DNA from: an uncultured Verrucomicrobiae bacterium
Lineage (GTDB): Bacteria > Verrucomicrobiota > Verrucomicrobiia > Limisphaerales > Palsa-1400
Direction of reading: 5' to 3'
NCBI GenBank assembly: GCA_963702845.1
Contig: OY969763.1
Location: forward strand, 2,176,001 to 2,240,000
Length of the DNA stretch: 64,000 nt
Of the stretch, positions 1 through 9,942 are shown in pieces. The notes under the pieces are model-generated. The model had not been told where the DNA came from. It saw only the letters and a program-made list of their open reading frames with translations, and did no database searches. The translations under genes and the position numbers were made by a program. Within the stretch, counting starts at the first letter, position 1. The number at the start of each line of letters is the position of its first letter.

Positions 1-1011
1 CACCGCTAATAAATGGCTCAAGCCCTACCCGAACGCTGTTTGGCGCGAGAATATCGAAGTGTTTCTCGTTGCGATTGTCATCGCGATGGGTATCCGCACG
101 TTTTTCCTGCAGCCGTTCAAGATCCCGACCGGCTCGATGCAGCCGACATTGTTCGGCATGACTGTTAAAAACGTTGCCGACGATCCAAATTTCAAAATGC
201 CCGGCATTGGTGGCCGAGTTGCCGATGCATTGTTGCGCGGACAATTTTATCACGAATGGATTGCCGAAGCGGACGGTGAAGTCGTCGGAATTAGCGCACC
301 GCAACACGTCAGCATGTTCATCAACAAGCGCCAGGTCGCGGTCCAATACGCCGGGCAATCACAGCCAACGGTCAAGACGTTTTGGTTTACGCCCGAAGAT
401 ATCGGTTCCGGTCGAGATCCATTTACGATCGAACAAACCGAGGACGGTCGGGCGCGCTATATATTATATCCGCACCAAACGTTCCACAAAGGCGACCCCA
501 TCGTGCGCTTGATCGATACCACTGGCGACCATCTGTTCGTCGATCGTTTAACCTACAATTTCCGCAAACCAAAACGTGGCGAAATTATTGTTTTTAAAAC
601 CAAAGGCATCGAAGGTTTGGACCAATCGCAGTTTTATATCAAGCGCCTGGTTGGGCTTCCGAACGAAAAACTCAGCATTTGCTGAACAATCGCGGCCACG
701 GCACGCCTGCATCAATGGCAAGCCGTTGACCGCTGCACGATCCGCATTTCGAAAACGTTTATGCCTTCAATCCTAAAATGCCGCCTGAAGAAAGCCACTA
801 TTCGGGTCACATTTTGCAACCGCGTTCCAGGCTCCAAACGCCCGACGATTCAATCGAGGTGCGTCCGGATCATTACGCAGTTTTTGGTGACAACACCGCC
901 AATAGTTTGGATTCCCGTTACTGGGGCGACTTTCCGCAAGAAAATGTCATCGGAAAATCGTGGTTTGTTTATTGGCCAATCGGGCCGCGATTCGGCTGGG
1001 GTCAGCGATAG
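1..1011 (+). CDS. lepB: Signal peptidase I, 5'-partial, apparent frameshifts at ~680-760
   Basis: IPTGSMQPTL (catalytic Ser) and YIKRLVG (catalytic Lys) in ORF 59-685; GDNTANSLDSRYWG box in ORF 778-1011; frame open from base 2. Confidence 0.9.
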
Positions 1012-1183
1012 AATTAACAGCCTTATCTGCAAATAACGGGAACCAACCAAACCGGCTCAAACCCACTAAAAACAGGAATTCGAGTTCACCCGAGGATGCT
1101 ATCTATTTTCGCACAATGTTTGTTATATTTACTTCGTCTGAGGTGCATGTCCCCTTGTGGCTATTGGTTTGAATCTGGTTCGG

Positions 1184-1986
1184 TCATGGTTCGACCGGTT
1201 GTTGCGTTGCCTGGTGAATCGGATTGAACGCATTGCGCCGTGTTCCGCTAACGTCGCGAAGACGTCTGAATACTGGCGATGCTCGGCCAGCGAATAACGC
1301 CGTTTGACCATGCTCGTCGGCGTCATTGATGCGAGCGCCGTGCATCCAACAGCAATTCGACGGTTTCTTTATCACCAACCATGGCGGCACCCATCAACGG
1401 CGTATAACCAAACGGAACGCCGGCTGCGGCGTTGACGCGGCGCTTTATTGGCGACAAGGATTTCCATAACGCATGTATAATTGGCATCGGCAGGTTTGGC
1501 CTCCCACGGAGTGTGCAACGCCGTCCAGCCGTAGCGATCGAAGCGGCTGGGATTCGCACCGCTTTTGATGAGCAGGGTGACTGTTTGCGGACGACGCGCC
1601 CATGCGGCGAGCATCAGCGGTGTTTGGCTGGCCGAATTCTGCAGGTCTGCATTCGTCGATTTGTGCAGAAGCAACTCAATGACGTTGTTGAAGCCGTTTT
1701 GAGCGGCGACGTGCAATGGCGTATTTCCGTGTCTGAGCAGGGCTCCTTTGGTGGGATTGGCGCCGTGATCTAGCAATTCTTGAACGGTGTCGGCATCGCC
1801 GTTTTCAGCTGCGATGAAGAGCGGGGTGCGTCCGCGGGAATCTCTGGTATCAACTTTTGCGCCCTGTTGCAGAAGCGTTGCGACTTTGTTTTTATCGCCT
1901 TTCAGAACGGCTTGATGAAGTGGCGAATTGGAAGCACATCCTTGAACAATTAATGCGAGCGCCAGAACGGCGGGCCAAAATCTCAT
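1184..1986 (-). CDS. Ankyrin-repeat lipoprotein, frameshifted near the 3' end (3' boundary approximate)
   Basis: Signal peptide with lipobox-like VQGC; repeated GxTPLHxAA/TPLMLAA motifs continue in ORFs 1323-1559 and 1184-1390. Confidence 0.75.
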
Positions 1987-1997
1987 AGTGAAATGAA

Positions 1998-2072
1998 TGG
2001 TGGGCGATGAGGGATTCGAACCCCCGACCAACAGCGTGTAAAGCTGCTGCGCTACCGCTGCGCTAATCGCCC
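1998..2072 (-). tRNA. tRNA-Val(TAC)
   Basis: Reverse complement GGGCGATTAGCGCAGCGGTAGCGCAGCAGCTTTACACGCTGTTGGTCGGGGGTTCGAATCCCTCATCGCCCACCA; cloverleaf, TTCGAA T-loop, CCA end. Confidence 0.97.
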
Positions 2073-2123
2073 ACGACGAGAAATGTTACGGGCAGTCGCC
2101 TTCAGTGCAACACGATTAGTCCC

Positions 2124-2591
2124 CTACTCCACTTCGCCACTGAATCCTTGCTGCCGCAGCGCTTCGTATAAAACAAGTGCGACGCAATTCGACAGATTCA
2201 GCGAACGGACTTTGTCGTGAAACATGGGAATCCGGACCCAGGCATCTTTATATTGGTCGAGAAGTTGTTTCGACAGGCCTGCGGTTTCACGACCGAAAAC
2301 TAAATAATCGTTCGGTGCGAATTTGATTTGGTCGTAGCGCTGTGTGCCTTTGGATTCAATGATCCAAAGACGGGCATCGGTTGGAAGATTTTTTGCGAAT
2401 TCGCCCCAATTCGGCCAGCGATGCCAATTGAGGTGTTGCCAGTAATCCAGACCGGCGCGTTTGAGTTGGGAGTCATCGAGTTTGAAACCGAATGGTTCGA
2501 CTAAATGCAGCGTTGTGCGAGTGGCGGCGCAGAGACGCGCGACGTTGCCGGTGTTGGGTGGGATTTCGGGTTCGACCAAAACAACGTTCAT
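2124..2591 (-). CDS. trmL: tRNA (cytidine/uridine-2'-O)-methyltransferase, SpoU family
   Basis: EPEIPPNTGNVARLC, LKRAGLDYW, FGRETAGL, RSLNLSN motifs. Confidence 0.95.
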   Translation of the reverse strand: MNVVLVEPEIPPNTGNVARLCAATRTTLHLVEPFGFKLDDSQLKRAGLDYWQHLNWHRWPNWGEFAKNLPTDARLWIIESKGTQRYDQIKFAPNDYLVFGRETAGLSKQLLDQYKDAWVRIPMFHDKVRSLNLSNCVALVLYEALRQQGFSGEVE

Positions 2592-3373
2592 TCGTCATCG
2601 CTCCCGGGTTTTGGTTTGCGACCCTTTTTGTCGTAAAAGACTTTCCACAAAACCAAGCCGTGAGCAGGGGCCGTCATACCGGCGGCGTTTCGATCTTTGG
2701 CGGCGAGAATTTGTTTCACGTCTTTCAATGCAATCTTCCCCTGCCCTACGTAAACCAACGTCCCGGCAATGCCTCGGCACATTTTATAAAGGAACCCGTC
2801 GCCTTCGATGATGACGGTCAGCAAGTGGCCGTTTTTCTTTATGTCGCACCGGTGAAGCGTACGCACGGTGGAATCTGGTTCGTAATTCCGTCGAGCGGCG
2901 AACGATTGGAAGTCGTGTTTGCCCAGGAACAACTTTGCCGCAGCGCGCATTGCTTTGATATTCAAAGCGGGGCCGACGTGCCAGGCCCGGTCGCGCAACA
3001 ACGGGTTCATGGCAAAATGATTCCAGACAAAATAACGATATTGTTTACCGCTCGCATCGAAACGCGCATGGAATTTTTCGGGACAACGCGACACAGCCAT
3101 GATGCGAATGTCGTCCGGAAGGAACGCATTGATGGCCAGTCCCATCCTCGCTATCGGCATTTTGAATTCTTCTTTAGGAATTTCAACGTGAACAATCATC
3201 CCGAGTGCGTGAACACCAGTGTCGGTGCGGCTGGAACTGTGAACGCGTTTGACACCGGGAAAAAATCTCTGCAACGCCTCTTCGACCCGTTGCTGGACGC
3301 CTAAACCGATCTTTTGCCACTGCCAGCCCGCATAATTCGTTCCGTCGTAGGCGATGGTCAGTTTGAATTTCAC
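2588..3373 (-). CDS. truA: tRNA pseudouridine(38-40) synthase
   Basis: IAYDGTNYAGWQ, SRTDTGVHA, FHARFDA, GFLYKMCR, APAHGLVL. Confidence 0.95.
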   Translation of the reverse strand: MKFKLTIAYDGTNYAGWQWQKIGLGVQQRVEEALQRFFPGVKRVHSSSRTDTGVHALGMIVHVEIPKEEFKMPIARMGLAINAFLPDDIRIMAVSRCPEKFHARFDASGKQYRYFVWNHFAMNPLLRDRAWHVGPALNIKAMRAAAKLFLGKHDFQSFAARRNYEPDSTVRTLHRCDIKKNGHLLTVIIEGDGFLYKMCRGIAGTLVYVGQGKIALKDVKQILAAKDRNAAGMTAPAHGLVLWKVFYDKKGRKPKPGSDDE

Positions 3374-3777
3374 AGGCTGTCCAAATAGCTCTGGAGCATG
3401 ATCGCCGCAGCGGTCTGATCGACTTTGATTTTGCGTTGGTCACGACGCATGCCGCCTTCAATCAACGCACGGTTTGCTGCGACTGTCGTCAATCTCTCGT
3501 CCCACGTGCGGATTGGGACACTCACAACACCTTTCACCTGCTCTACAAATTTGCGCGCCTTCTCGGCGGCTGGACCGTAACTGCCGTCCATGTTGCGCGG
3601 AATGCCGACTAAAATTGAATCCACGTTTTTTTCTGCTACGACTTTTTTTAAATCTTCGAGAAATTCTGCGATGGGTTCAGCAGGTAGAAAAGTGAGTGGT
3701 TGAGCAATCATTCCCAATTCGTCGCTGATCGCCAGTCCGACGCGTTTGGTACCGTGATCTAGGGCGAGCACGCGCAT
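3370..3777 (-). CDS. ruvX: Holliday junction resolvase-like / pre-16S rRNA nuclease YqgF
   Basis: LALDHGTKRVGLAISD, WDERLTT, VDQTAAAIMLQSYL. Confidence 0.93.
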   Translation of the reverse strand: MRVLALDHGTKRVGLAISDELGMIAQPLTFLPAEPIAEFLEDLKKVVAEKNVDSILVGIPRNMDGSYGPAAEKARKFVEQVKGVVSVPIRTWDERLTTVAANRALIEGGMRRDQRKIKVDQTAAAIMLQSYLDSL

Positions 3778-3778
3778 A

Positions 3779-5065
3779 CTATAAAGTCTTCAAGACTTTG
3801 GCCGCGCTGCGAACGGTGTGTTCGATGTCTTTTTCGGAATGCGCCGTGGAAATGAAGCCGGCTTCAAATTGAGACGGTGCGAAGTAAACGCCTTCGTTCA
3901 ACATGCCGTGGAAATACTTTGCGAAACGTGCGCGATCGCTTTTCATCGCGTCGGCCAAATTGTGGACTGGTTCGCTGGTGAAATAGCCGCAGAACATTGA
4001 ACCCACGCGGTTGAATTGGACAGGGACTTTGGCGGAAAGAGCCGCGTCTCTCATGCCGGCTTCCAACGTCGCGCCGAGGCTTTCGAGAGTCTTGTAAGCG
4101 TCGCTGGCGGCGAGTTCTTCGAGCGCGGCGATTCCCGCAGCCATTGCCAGAGGATTTCCGCTGAGTGTGCCCGCCTGGTAAACGGGACCGACTGGCGCGA
4201 GGCAGTCCATGATTTCTGCACGGCCGCCAAATGCACCGACAGGCAAACCTCCGCCGATAATTTTGCCGAAGCACGAGAGGTCAGGTGTGATGCCGAAACG
4301 TTCTTGTGCGCCGCCGCGAGCGAGACGGAAGCCAGTCATGACTTCGTCGAAAATTAACAACGCGCCATTCTCTTGAGTGCTTTTGCGCAGAAATTCGAGG
4401 TAGCCGTGTTTTGGAATGTATAAACCAGCGTTTCCGGGAACAGGTTCGACGATGATGCCGGCGATTTGATTTGGATTTGCGGCGAAGGCGGCGCGGACGG
4501 CGTCTTCGTCGTTGTAGGGAAGAACGATCGTGTGCTGCGTGAACGCGGCGGGAACGCCAGCGCTGTCAGGATTGCCGAACGTCAGCGCGCCGGAACCGGC
4601 TTTGACTAACAGCGAGTCGGCGTGGCCGTGATAGCAGCCGTCGAACTTAATTATTTTGTCGCGTTTCGTGAAGCCGCGGGCGAGGCGAATGGCGGACATG
4701 CAGGCCTCGGTGCCGGAATTGCACATGCGCACTTTTTTGACGCTCGGCACGGCATCGCACACGAGCTTGGCCATTGTGACTTCGAGCGGATTCGGGATGC
4801 CAAAGCTGGTCCCGCGCTCTGCGGTGTCTCTGACGGCTTTGATGATTTTCGGATGGGCGTGGCCGAGAATCGCTGGGCCCCAGGTGCCGACGTAATCAAT
4901 GTAGTCATTGCCGTCGACATCGAACACGTGGGCGCCGCTGACTCTATCGGCGAAAAACGGTGTGCCGCCGACGCCGCGAAAAGCGCGCACGGGCGAGTTG
5001 ACGCCGCCGGGAATGTATTTGAGAGCTTCGGCGAAGAGTTGTTCGGATTTCGCGTGGGACAACAT
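3779..5065 (-). CDS. hemL: Glutamate-1-semialdehyde 2,1-aminomutase
   Basis: [43 protein letters not shown]. Confidence 0.97.
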   Translation of the reverse strand: MLSHAKSEQLFAEALKYIPGGVNSPVRAFRGVGGTPFFADRVSGAHVFDVDGNDYIDYVGTWGPAILGHAHPKIIKAVRDTAERGTSFGIPNPLEVTMAKLVCDAVPSVKKVRMCNSGTEACMSAIRLARGFTKRDKIIKFDGCYHGHADSLLVKAGSGALTFGNPDSAGVPAAFTQHTIVLPYNDEDAVRAAFAANPNQIAGIIVEPVPGNAGLYIPKHGYLEFLRKSTQENGALLIFDEVMTGFRLARGGAQERFGITPDLSCFGKIIGGGLPVGAFGGRAEIMDCLAPVGPVYQAGTLSGNPLAMAAGIAALEELAASDAYKTLESLGATLEAGMRDAALSAKVPVQFNRVGSMFCGYFTSEPVHNLADAMKSDRARFAKYFHGMLNEGVYFAPSQFEAGFISTAHSEKDIEHTVRSAAKVLKTL

Positions 5066-5068
5066 ATA

Positions 5069-6625
5069 TCAATGGCGAAAGTGGCGGACGCTAGTGAATG
5101 CCATGGCGAGGCCGCGCTCGTCGGCTGCAGCGATCACTTCAGCATCGCGGACTGAGCCGCCGGGTTGAATGGCGGCCGTTGCGCCGGCTTCGGCGGCGGC
5201 AATGAGGCCGTCTGGAAATGGGAAAAAGGCATCGCTGCAGACCACACTGTTTTTCAACGACAAACCCGCTTCGCCGGTTTTCCATACCGCGATGCGACTT
5301 GAATCAACGCGGCTCATCTGGCCAGCACCGACACCAAGAGTGCGATCGGAACCGACGTAGACAATAGCGTTGGACTTGAGATGTTTCACAACGCGCCAGC
5401 CGAAAAGCATCGCGGCTTTTTCGGCGTCGGTTGGTTTGCGTTTGGTGACGAATTTCAGGTCGGATTCGCGAATGATTTTGGAGTCCGGTTGCTGAGCGAG
5501 AACTGACTCCGCGCCCACACTGCGCATTTGCAGATCGTTCGTGCAGGGCGATTTGAGAATTTTCAAAAGGCGAAGGTTCTTTTTCTTTTGCAGAATTTCG
5601 AGAGCGTCAGGTGCGAAATCTGGCGCGATGATGACTTCGCTGAAAATCTCGGCGATGGCTTCAGCACAAGTTGCATCAAGCGTGCGGTTGACCGCGATGA
5701 TTCCGCCGAACGGCGCTTGTTTATCGGTGGCGAACGCTTTGTCCCAGGCTTCGCGCAAGTTGCTCCCCTGCCCTACGCCGCACGGATTGGTGTGTTTCAG
5801 GATGGCGAGCGTGGGAGGTTCGCCTTCGAATTCTGAAATCAACATCGCGGCGGAGGTGAGATCGAGAATGTTGTTATAGGAAAGTTCTTTGCCGTGGAGT
5901 TGTTTGAAGTATTCGCTGAACTTGCCGTAAAGAGCCGCGTTCTGGTGCGGATTTTCGCCGTAACGCAAGGACTGAGCGCGAGGCAAATCCAGACGCAGGT
6001 TTGTCGGCAGAGTTTCGGTGGACGTTTCTTTCGTGCCAAAAGCTTTCGCGAGATAATTGGCAATCGCACCGTCGTATTTGGATGTCGTCGCGAATACTTT
6101 CGCGGCAAGCCTGCGGCGAAGTTCCAGTGTCGTATTACCTTTCGCCGTGATTTGATCGGCAACTTCGGCGTAATCCATCGGATCTACGATGACCGTCACG
6201 CTGTCGTGATTTTTGGAAGCGCTACGCAACATCGCGGGACCGCCGATGTCGATATTCTCGATCGCCTCTTCCAGCGTGACGTTTGGTTTAGCGATCGTTT
6301 GCTCGAACGGATAAAGATTCACGACAATCAAATCGATTGGTTTGATCTCGTGCTTTTTGACGGCCGCTTCGTGCGTGGCGTTCCCGCGAATATATAGAAG
6401 GCCGCCGTGAACTTTCGGGTGCAGCGTTTTGACCCGCCCGTCGAGCATCTCGGGAAAGCCGGTGTAAGCGCTCAGATCGCTGACGAGCATGCCTTGCTCT
6501 CGCAGAGTCTTGGCTGTGCCACCGGTGGAAATAATCTCTACGCCGGCCGCGGCAAGAGCTTCGGCAAAGGGAATCAACCCAGTCTTATCAAAAACGGAAA
6601 TAATGGCGCGCTGAATCTTCGGCAT
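5069..6625 (-). CDS. purH: Bifunctional AICAR transformylase/IMP cyclohydrolase
   Basis: [51 protein letters not shown] end. Confidence 0.97.
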   Translation of the reverse strand: MPKIQRAIISVFDKTGLIPFAEALAAAGVEIISTGGTAKTLREQGMLVSDLSAYTGFPEMLDGRVKTLHPKVHGGLLYIRGNATHEAAVKKHEIKPIDLIVVNLYPFEQTIAKPNVTLEEAIENIDIGGPAMLRSASKNHDSVTVIVDPMDYAEVADQITAKGNTTLELRRRLAAKVFATTSKYDGAIANYLAKAFGTKETSTETLPTNLRLDLPRAQSLRYGENPHQNAALYGKFSEYFKQLHGKELSYNNILDLTSAAMLISEFEGEPPTLAILKHTNPCGVGQGSNLREAWDKAFATDKQAPFGGIIAVNRTLDATCAEAIAEIFSEVIIAPDFAPDALEILQKKKNLRLLKILKSPCTNDLQMRSVGAESVLAQQPDSKIIRESDLKFVTKRKPTDAEKAAMLFGWRVVKHLKSNAIVYVGSDRTLGVGAGQMSRVDSSRIAVWKTGEAGLSLKNSVVCSDAFFPFPDGLIAAAEAGATAAIQPGGSVRDAEVIAAADERGLAMAFTSVRHFRH

Positions 6626-6726
6626 ATCGAGCGAGTAAATCTTACAGAAGAAGACGGGCAGTCAATGGTAAGTTGGGCATACGTCACGGCACGGGCGTAT
6701 CTCATTTTTTTGCAGGCGTCCAGATG

Positions 6727-6832
6727 TAACCCTTTCAGGGTAGAGAATATTTCGCCAAGTTTCCCAGGGTAGCTCGCAGACTCGCAACCCTGGGCTGAGA
6801 GATGCAATCCCGTTGGGATTGAAAGGGTTTCC
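6727..6832. repeat. Compound REP-like palindromic element
   Basis: Three hairpins: ACCCTTTCAGGGT, CCCAGGGTAGC...GCAACCCTGGG, AATCCCGTTGGGATT. Confidence 0.6.
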
Positions 6833-6873
6833 AAAAAGTGAGATGCGCCTTCGCGGCAGCGGCTTGCTTATGC

Positions 6874-7000
6874 GATGAGCAGGCAAACAAGTTTTAAGGA
6901 GAGGCGGCGCAAAGCGGTTGGGACGCTTTTGAGCCGGCCGCAACATTTTAAGGAAGATAAGGGTTTGGTGCATATCGTAAGTGATCCAATGGTTGAGTCA
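6874..7000 (-). repeat. Degenerate direct-repeat copy of the 5' end and upstream region of the 1241-aa gene (19085-19211)
   Basis: 6874-6938 matches 19085-19149 with one mismatch; more diverged match continues to 7000; start codon lost in this copy. Confidence 0.85.
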
Positions 7001-7024
7001 TTCAACATGGGACTTCGGCTCGAA

Positions 7025-8443
7025 TCAGTAGCCGACGGTGATTTCCAGGGGTTGGTGTGTTATTTTTGTGGCGCGGTGCGCGAGCGCTAAGGCCCAGAAG
7101 CGGTCGGAGTGGCCGGACTCGCTGCGGTCGGCGGTGAAACGGGTGTTGCCGCTTTTCGTCGGCTCTTTTCTAATCGCGCGGAGATCCGCGCGGATTTCGG
7201 GGGAGCTTGGGATTTTTATGGTGCGGTCTTCGAAGGCCATTCGCACTGGATAGGCTAGTTCTTCTTTCATGGCCTGGGTGAAGGTGATGCCTTCGACTTT
7301 GTATTTGCCGAAGCGTTGTTGGGCGCGTTCGGTGAATTGGCGGCCGATTCCGGTCTGATCGATGCAGCAGCGTTTTACCTGCGGCATTTCCAAGAGTCCG
7401 TAGAGACACTTTTCTTGTTGTTCGAAGGGTTGGTTTTCCATGACTTCGATCCCGCGGGTGTAGTAGGTGCTGCCGGATTTTTCGAGGACCCAGATGACGG
7501 TGCGGTCTTTGTCGCGGCCGATGTCGACGCCGACGAAGAGTTCGGGGTCAGTCAGGTTGGCGGGTGTTTCCCATTCTACGCCGTGCGAGTATTCGGCGGC
7601 GGTGATTAGGTCGTAGCTGAGGAACGCGCTGGCTTCGTCGGTGGAGACGCACATGTATTCCTGGTTGAAGGTTTCTTCGTCGATGGATTCGCGTTTTTTG
7701 AAGTTGAAGAAGTCGGCTTCGTCCATTTGTTGGATGGGATCGTTGGGTGGGAGTTGGGATTGGATTTTGTAGAGGCCACCCTGCTCTAGAAAATTTTGGA
7801 AGGTGATTTTGTAGTAGCTGAAGCCGCGCGGGTTGCCGTTGTGTTCGATGTCCATCATGAGGCGGTGGAACAGCGTGCTGGTGCCGCGCGGGGTGGAGAA
7901 GATGGAGAGTGAGCCGCCCCACATGGTTCCGGGGACGGCAATGGAGTAGAGTTTTTCCTGGTCGGGATGGAGTGCGAATTCGTCGAGGACGCGGTTGCCA
8001 CTTTTGCCGGCTTGAGCGTCGGGATTTGAAGAGAGGGAGTGGATGCGGGAGCCGTTGGCGAATTCGATGCAGTTGGCGTTGCCGAGGCGGTCGCCGAGGA
8101 TGAGGTCGCCGTGGTTTTCGAGCTTCAACGAGAGGCGTTGGGCGAAGAAGCGCAGATTGCGCAGATAATTTTGGGCGAGGCTTTCGTCGCGGCTGCTGAC
8201 GAATGTTTCGATGGGTTGGGTGGAGTAGGCGCTGCGAATGACGTTTGCGTATCCGTCAGCGTAGGTCCAGCCGATCTGGCGTGATTTGACGCAGAATTTG
8301 AAGCGGCAGTCGTCGACGGCCCAGCGGGCCTGATCGGGCAGAAGAAAACCCGTGGGACGGATTTTGGCTTTGCCGACGAAGATGGCGTTGGGGTTTTGCG
8401 TTTTGTTGAGGGGGATGCGATCGGCGTTTTCGATTGTTGTCAT
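7025..8443 (-). CDS. Mu gp28-like terminase large subunit
   Basis: Walker A-like KSRQIGWT, Walker B VLDE, STPRG motif III, nuclease GVDIG, DQTGIG, HSDRFWALALA. Confidence 0.88.
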   Translation of the reverse strand: MTTIENADRIPLNKTQNPNAIFVGKAKIRPTGFLLPDQARWAVDDCRFKFCVKSRQIGWTYADGYANVIRSAYSTQPIETFVSSRDESLAQNYLRNLRFFAQRLSLKLENHGDLILGDRLGNANCIEFANGSRIHSLSSNPDAQAGKSGNRVLDEFALHPDQEKLYSIAVPGTMWGGSLSIFSTPRGTSTLFHRLMMDIEHNGNPRGFSYYKITFQNFLEQGGLYKIQSQLPPNDPIQQMDEADFFNFKKRESIDEETFNQEYMCVSTDEASAFLSYDLITAAEYSHGVEWETPANLTDPELFVGVDIGRDKDRTVIWVLEKSGSTYYTRGIEVMENQPFEQQEKCLYGLLEMPQVKRCCIDQTGIGRQFTERAQQRFGKYKVEGITFTQAMKEELAYPVRMAFEDRTIKIPSSPEIRADLRAIRKEPTKSGNTRFTADRSESGHSDRFWALALAHRATKITHQPLEITVGY

Positions 8444-8470
8444 AAAAATAAAGGATTCCTTTTTTGGCGG

Positions 8471-8505
8471 TTAAAGTTGTTTAAAGAAGTTTAAAGAAGT
8501 TTAAA
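8471..8505. repeat. 10-bp tandem repeat (TTAAAGAAGT, about 3.5 copies)
   Basis: ttaaagttgt ttaaagaagt ttaaagaagt ttaaa between the two terminase-like genes. Confidence 0.7.
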
Positions 8506-9238
8506 TCGTAGGGGTGATGGTGGTTGTTTTCGCGGGTTCGAAGTTTAAATCGGCGGCGATTTCGGATTTCACACTTGAGATTTGAGATGGCACGGGATTT
8601 GGGGTGTTGAAGCGCGGTGGCAGACCAAGGTCGGCAGCGATGACGGCGTAACCGGCAGCGGAGGTGGTTGGCCGGAATTGACTGGGTTGTGCTTTTTGTT
8701 TTTTCGCGATTTCGCCCTGGAGCTTTTGCTGGCGATAAGCGTTTCGGGTATGGGCACTGACGGAGCGCGAGAGGCGGAAGAAGTGCATCGGATCGGACTG
8801 AAGTTGTTGTTGCAGGTTTTCGATGCTGAAGGCTTTCATGAGTTTGGCGAGCTGAGTGGCCATGAAGAGATCGTTGAGCTGATGAAAGGACGCGGAGTTG
8901 GTGGCGCCGAGTTCGCGCAACAAATGGATATTAGCTTCGGATTGGGTGCGGATGATTTCGAGTTCCTGGCGGGAGTCGAGCCAGATGCGGTAGCCGGAAC
9001 GAGCCCATTTGGAGATGTTTGGGCCGTTGATGCCGTGGTGGCCCATTTGTTCGAGCTGGGAAATTATTTTGGAATAGCCAATGTTGTCGGCAAGGGATTG
9101 GTTGATGAATTCGCGAGCTTCGGTTGGAAGTCGGGAGATTTTGCTGGCGGGATGAGGACGAGGGATGCGAGGGATTGGTGTTTGTTTAGCTGCCGGTAAG
9201 TTATTTGTGGCAGTCGGATTTTCGGTTTGTGTATTCAT
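8501..9238 (-). CDS. DUF3486 / Mu gp27-like (small-terminase-like) protein
   Basis: SKISRLPTEAREFINQSL...YSKIISQL...ISKW HTH-like N-terminus; directly upstream of the large terminase. Confidence 0.65.
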   Translation of the reverse strand: MNTQTENPTATNNLPAAKQTPIPRIPRPHPASKISRLPTEAREFINQSLADNIGYSKIISQLEQMGHHGINGPNISKWARSGYRIWLDSRQELEIIRTQSEANIHLLRELGATNSASFHQLNDLFMATQLAKLMKAFSIENLQQQLQSDPMHFFRLSRSVSAHTRNAYRQQKLQGEIAKKQKAQPSQFRPTTSAAGYAVIAADLGLPPRFNTPNPVPSQISSVKSEIAADLNFEPAKTTTITPTI

Positions 9239-9396
9239 ATTAGTTAATTTATGAGGACAAGTGTAACAACGTCACTTGGACAAAGGCTGTCCAAGTGAAA
9301 AAATTGTTTGAAAATTCTTTTCTGCGGAAAGGAGTTGAAGATTAGGCGGTTACGGCAAAAGCAAGGGTCAAGCGCGATTTGATTTCTGGCAGATGG

Positions 9397-9472
9397 TCTC
9401 GCTAAGTCCGCTAAGGCCGCGAAGAAGGTTTTCGGATTCTTTCCTTCGCGAATCTTTGCGGACTTCGCGAGA
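9397..9472. repeat. Imperfect inverted repeat (CGCxAAG-type REP)
   Basis: TCTCGCTAAGTCCGCTAAGGCCGCGAAG versus the reverse complement of CTTCGCGAATCTTTGCGGACTTCGCGAGA. Confidence 0.6.
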
Positions 9473-9497
9473 TATCTCTCCAACGTCCAGCGCGATT

Positions 9498-9609
9498 TGT
9501 TGCGCTTGATTCGCAGCGGCAGCAGAACAATAGTCTGCTCAACCAATATGAACCAACCGTTCGTATATCAAAATTACCGCGACACCCCGTCGCATAATCA
9601 TAGTTAGCT
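9498..9609 (+). repeat. Platform repeat copy 1 (attI-like; leader ORF 9548-9607)
   Basis: TGTTGCGCTTGATTCGCAGCGGCAGCAGAAC...CGCATAATCATAGTTAGCT; near-identical to copies at 11774, 13514, 22077. Confidence 0.92.
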
Positions 9610-9616
9610 GAAAACT

Positions 9617-9925
9617 ATGCGACGAGACTTGCTCCTAACGGCGATAATGGGTTTCGCCCTATGCATTTTCAGCTTCGCTGTATCACTGGCCAGGCCTACA
9701 GACTTCGGCCCGCTAAGTCTTGGAATCGCAAAGGCCGAGGAATCTTATGGACTGTCCCGCGAGGGTAGAGACATGCTTGATTCACATGCTGAGAACCTAT
9801 ATCGCGAGTACAGTTCTGAGGTGAGCACGTATTCTACCGCTTGGTACATCGCTCTAGGCGGACTGTTCATCATGTCCTCCAGCTGTCTTATGTTGTATGT
9901 GTACCATCGAAAAAAGAGCAGCTAA
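9617..9925 (+). CDS. Gene cassette: small two-TM membrane protein
   Basis: Preceded by core GTTAGCT (9603); stop overlaps the complementary inverse core AGCTAAC (9920-9926). Confidence 0.7.
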   Translation: MRRDLLLTAIMGFALCIFSFAVSLARPTDFGPLSLGIAKAEESYGLSREGRDMLDSHAENLYREYSSEVSTYSTAWYIALGGLFIMSSSCLMLYVYHRKKSS

Positions 9926-9942
9926 CCAGAGCGCTTCAGCGC

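Noticed and set aside
9244..9546. Recurrent minus-strand MVE(Q/E)TIVLLPLRIKRN ORFs (also ending at 11822 and 22125)
   Set aside because: Antisense reading of the platform from a TTG start with unrelated continuations; in-frame fusion to the xfp tail occurs in only one copy
9590..9615. Platform end as a dif/pdif site
   Set aside because: The left arm GCATAA resembles a XerC arm, but the right arm varies with each cassette and lacks TTATGTTAAAT
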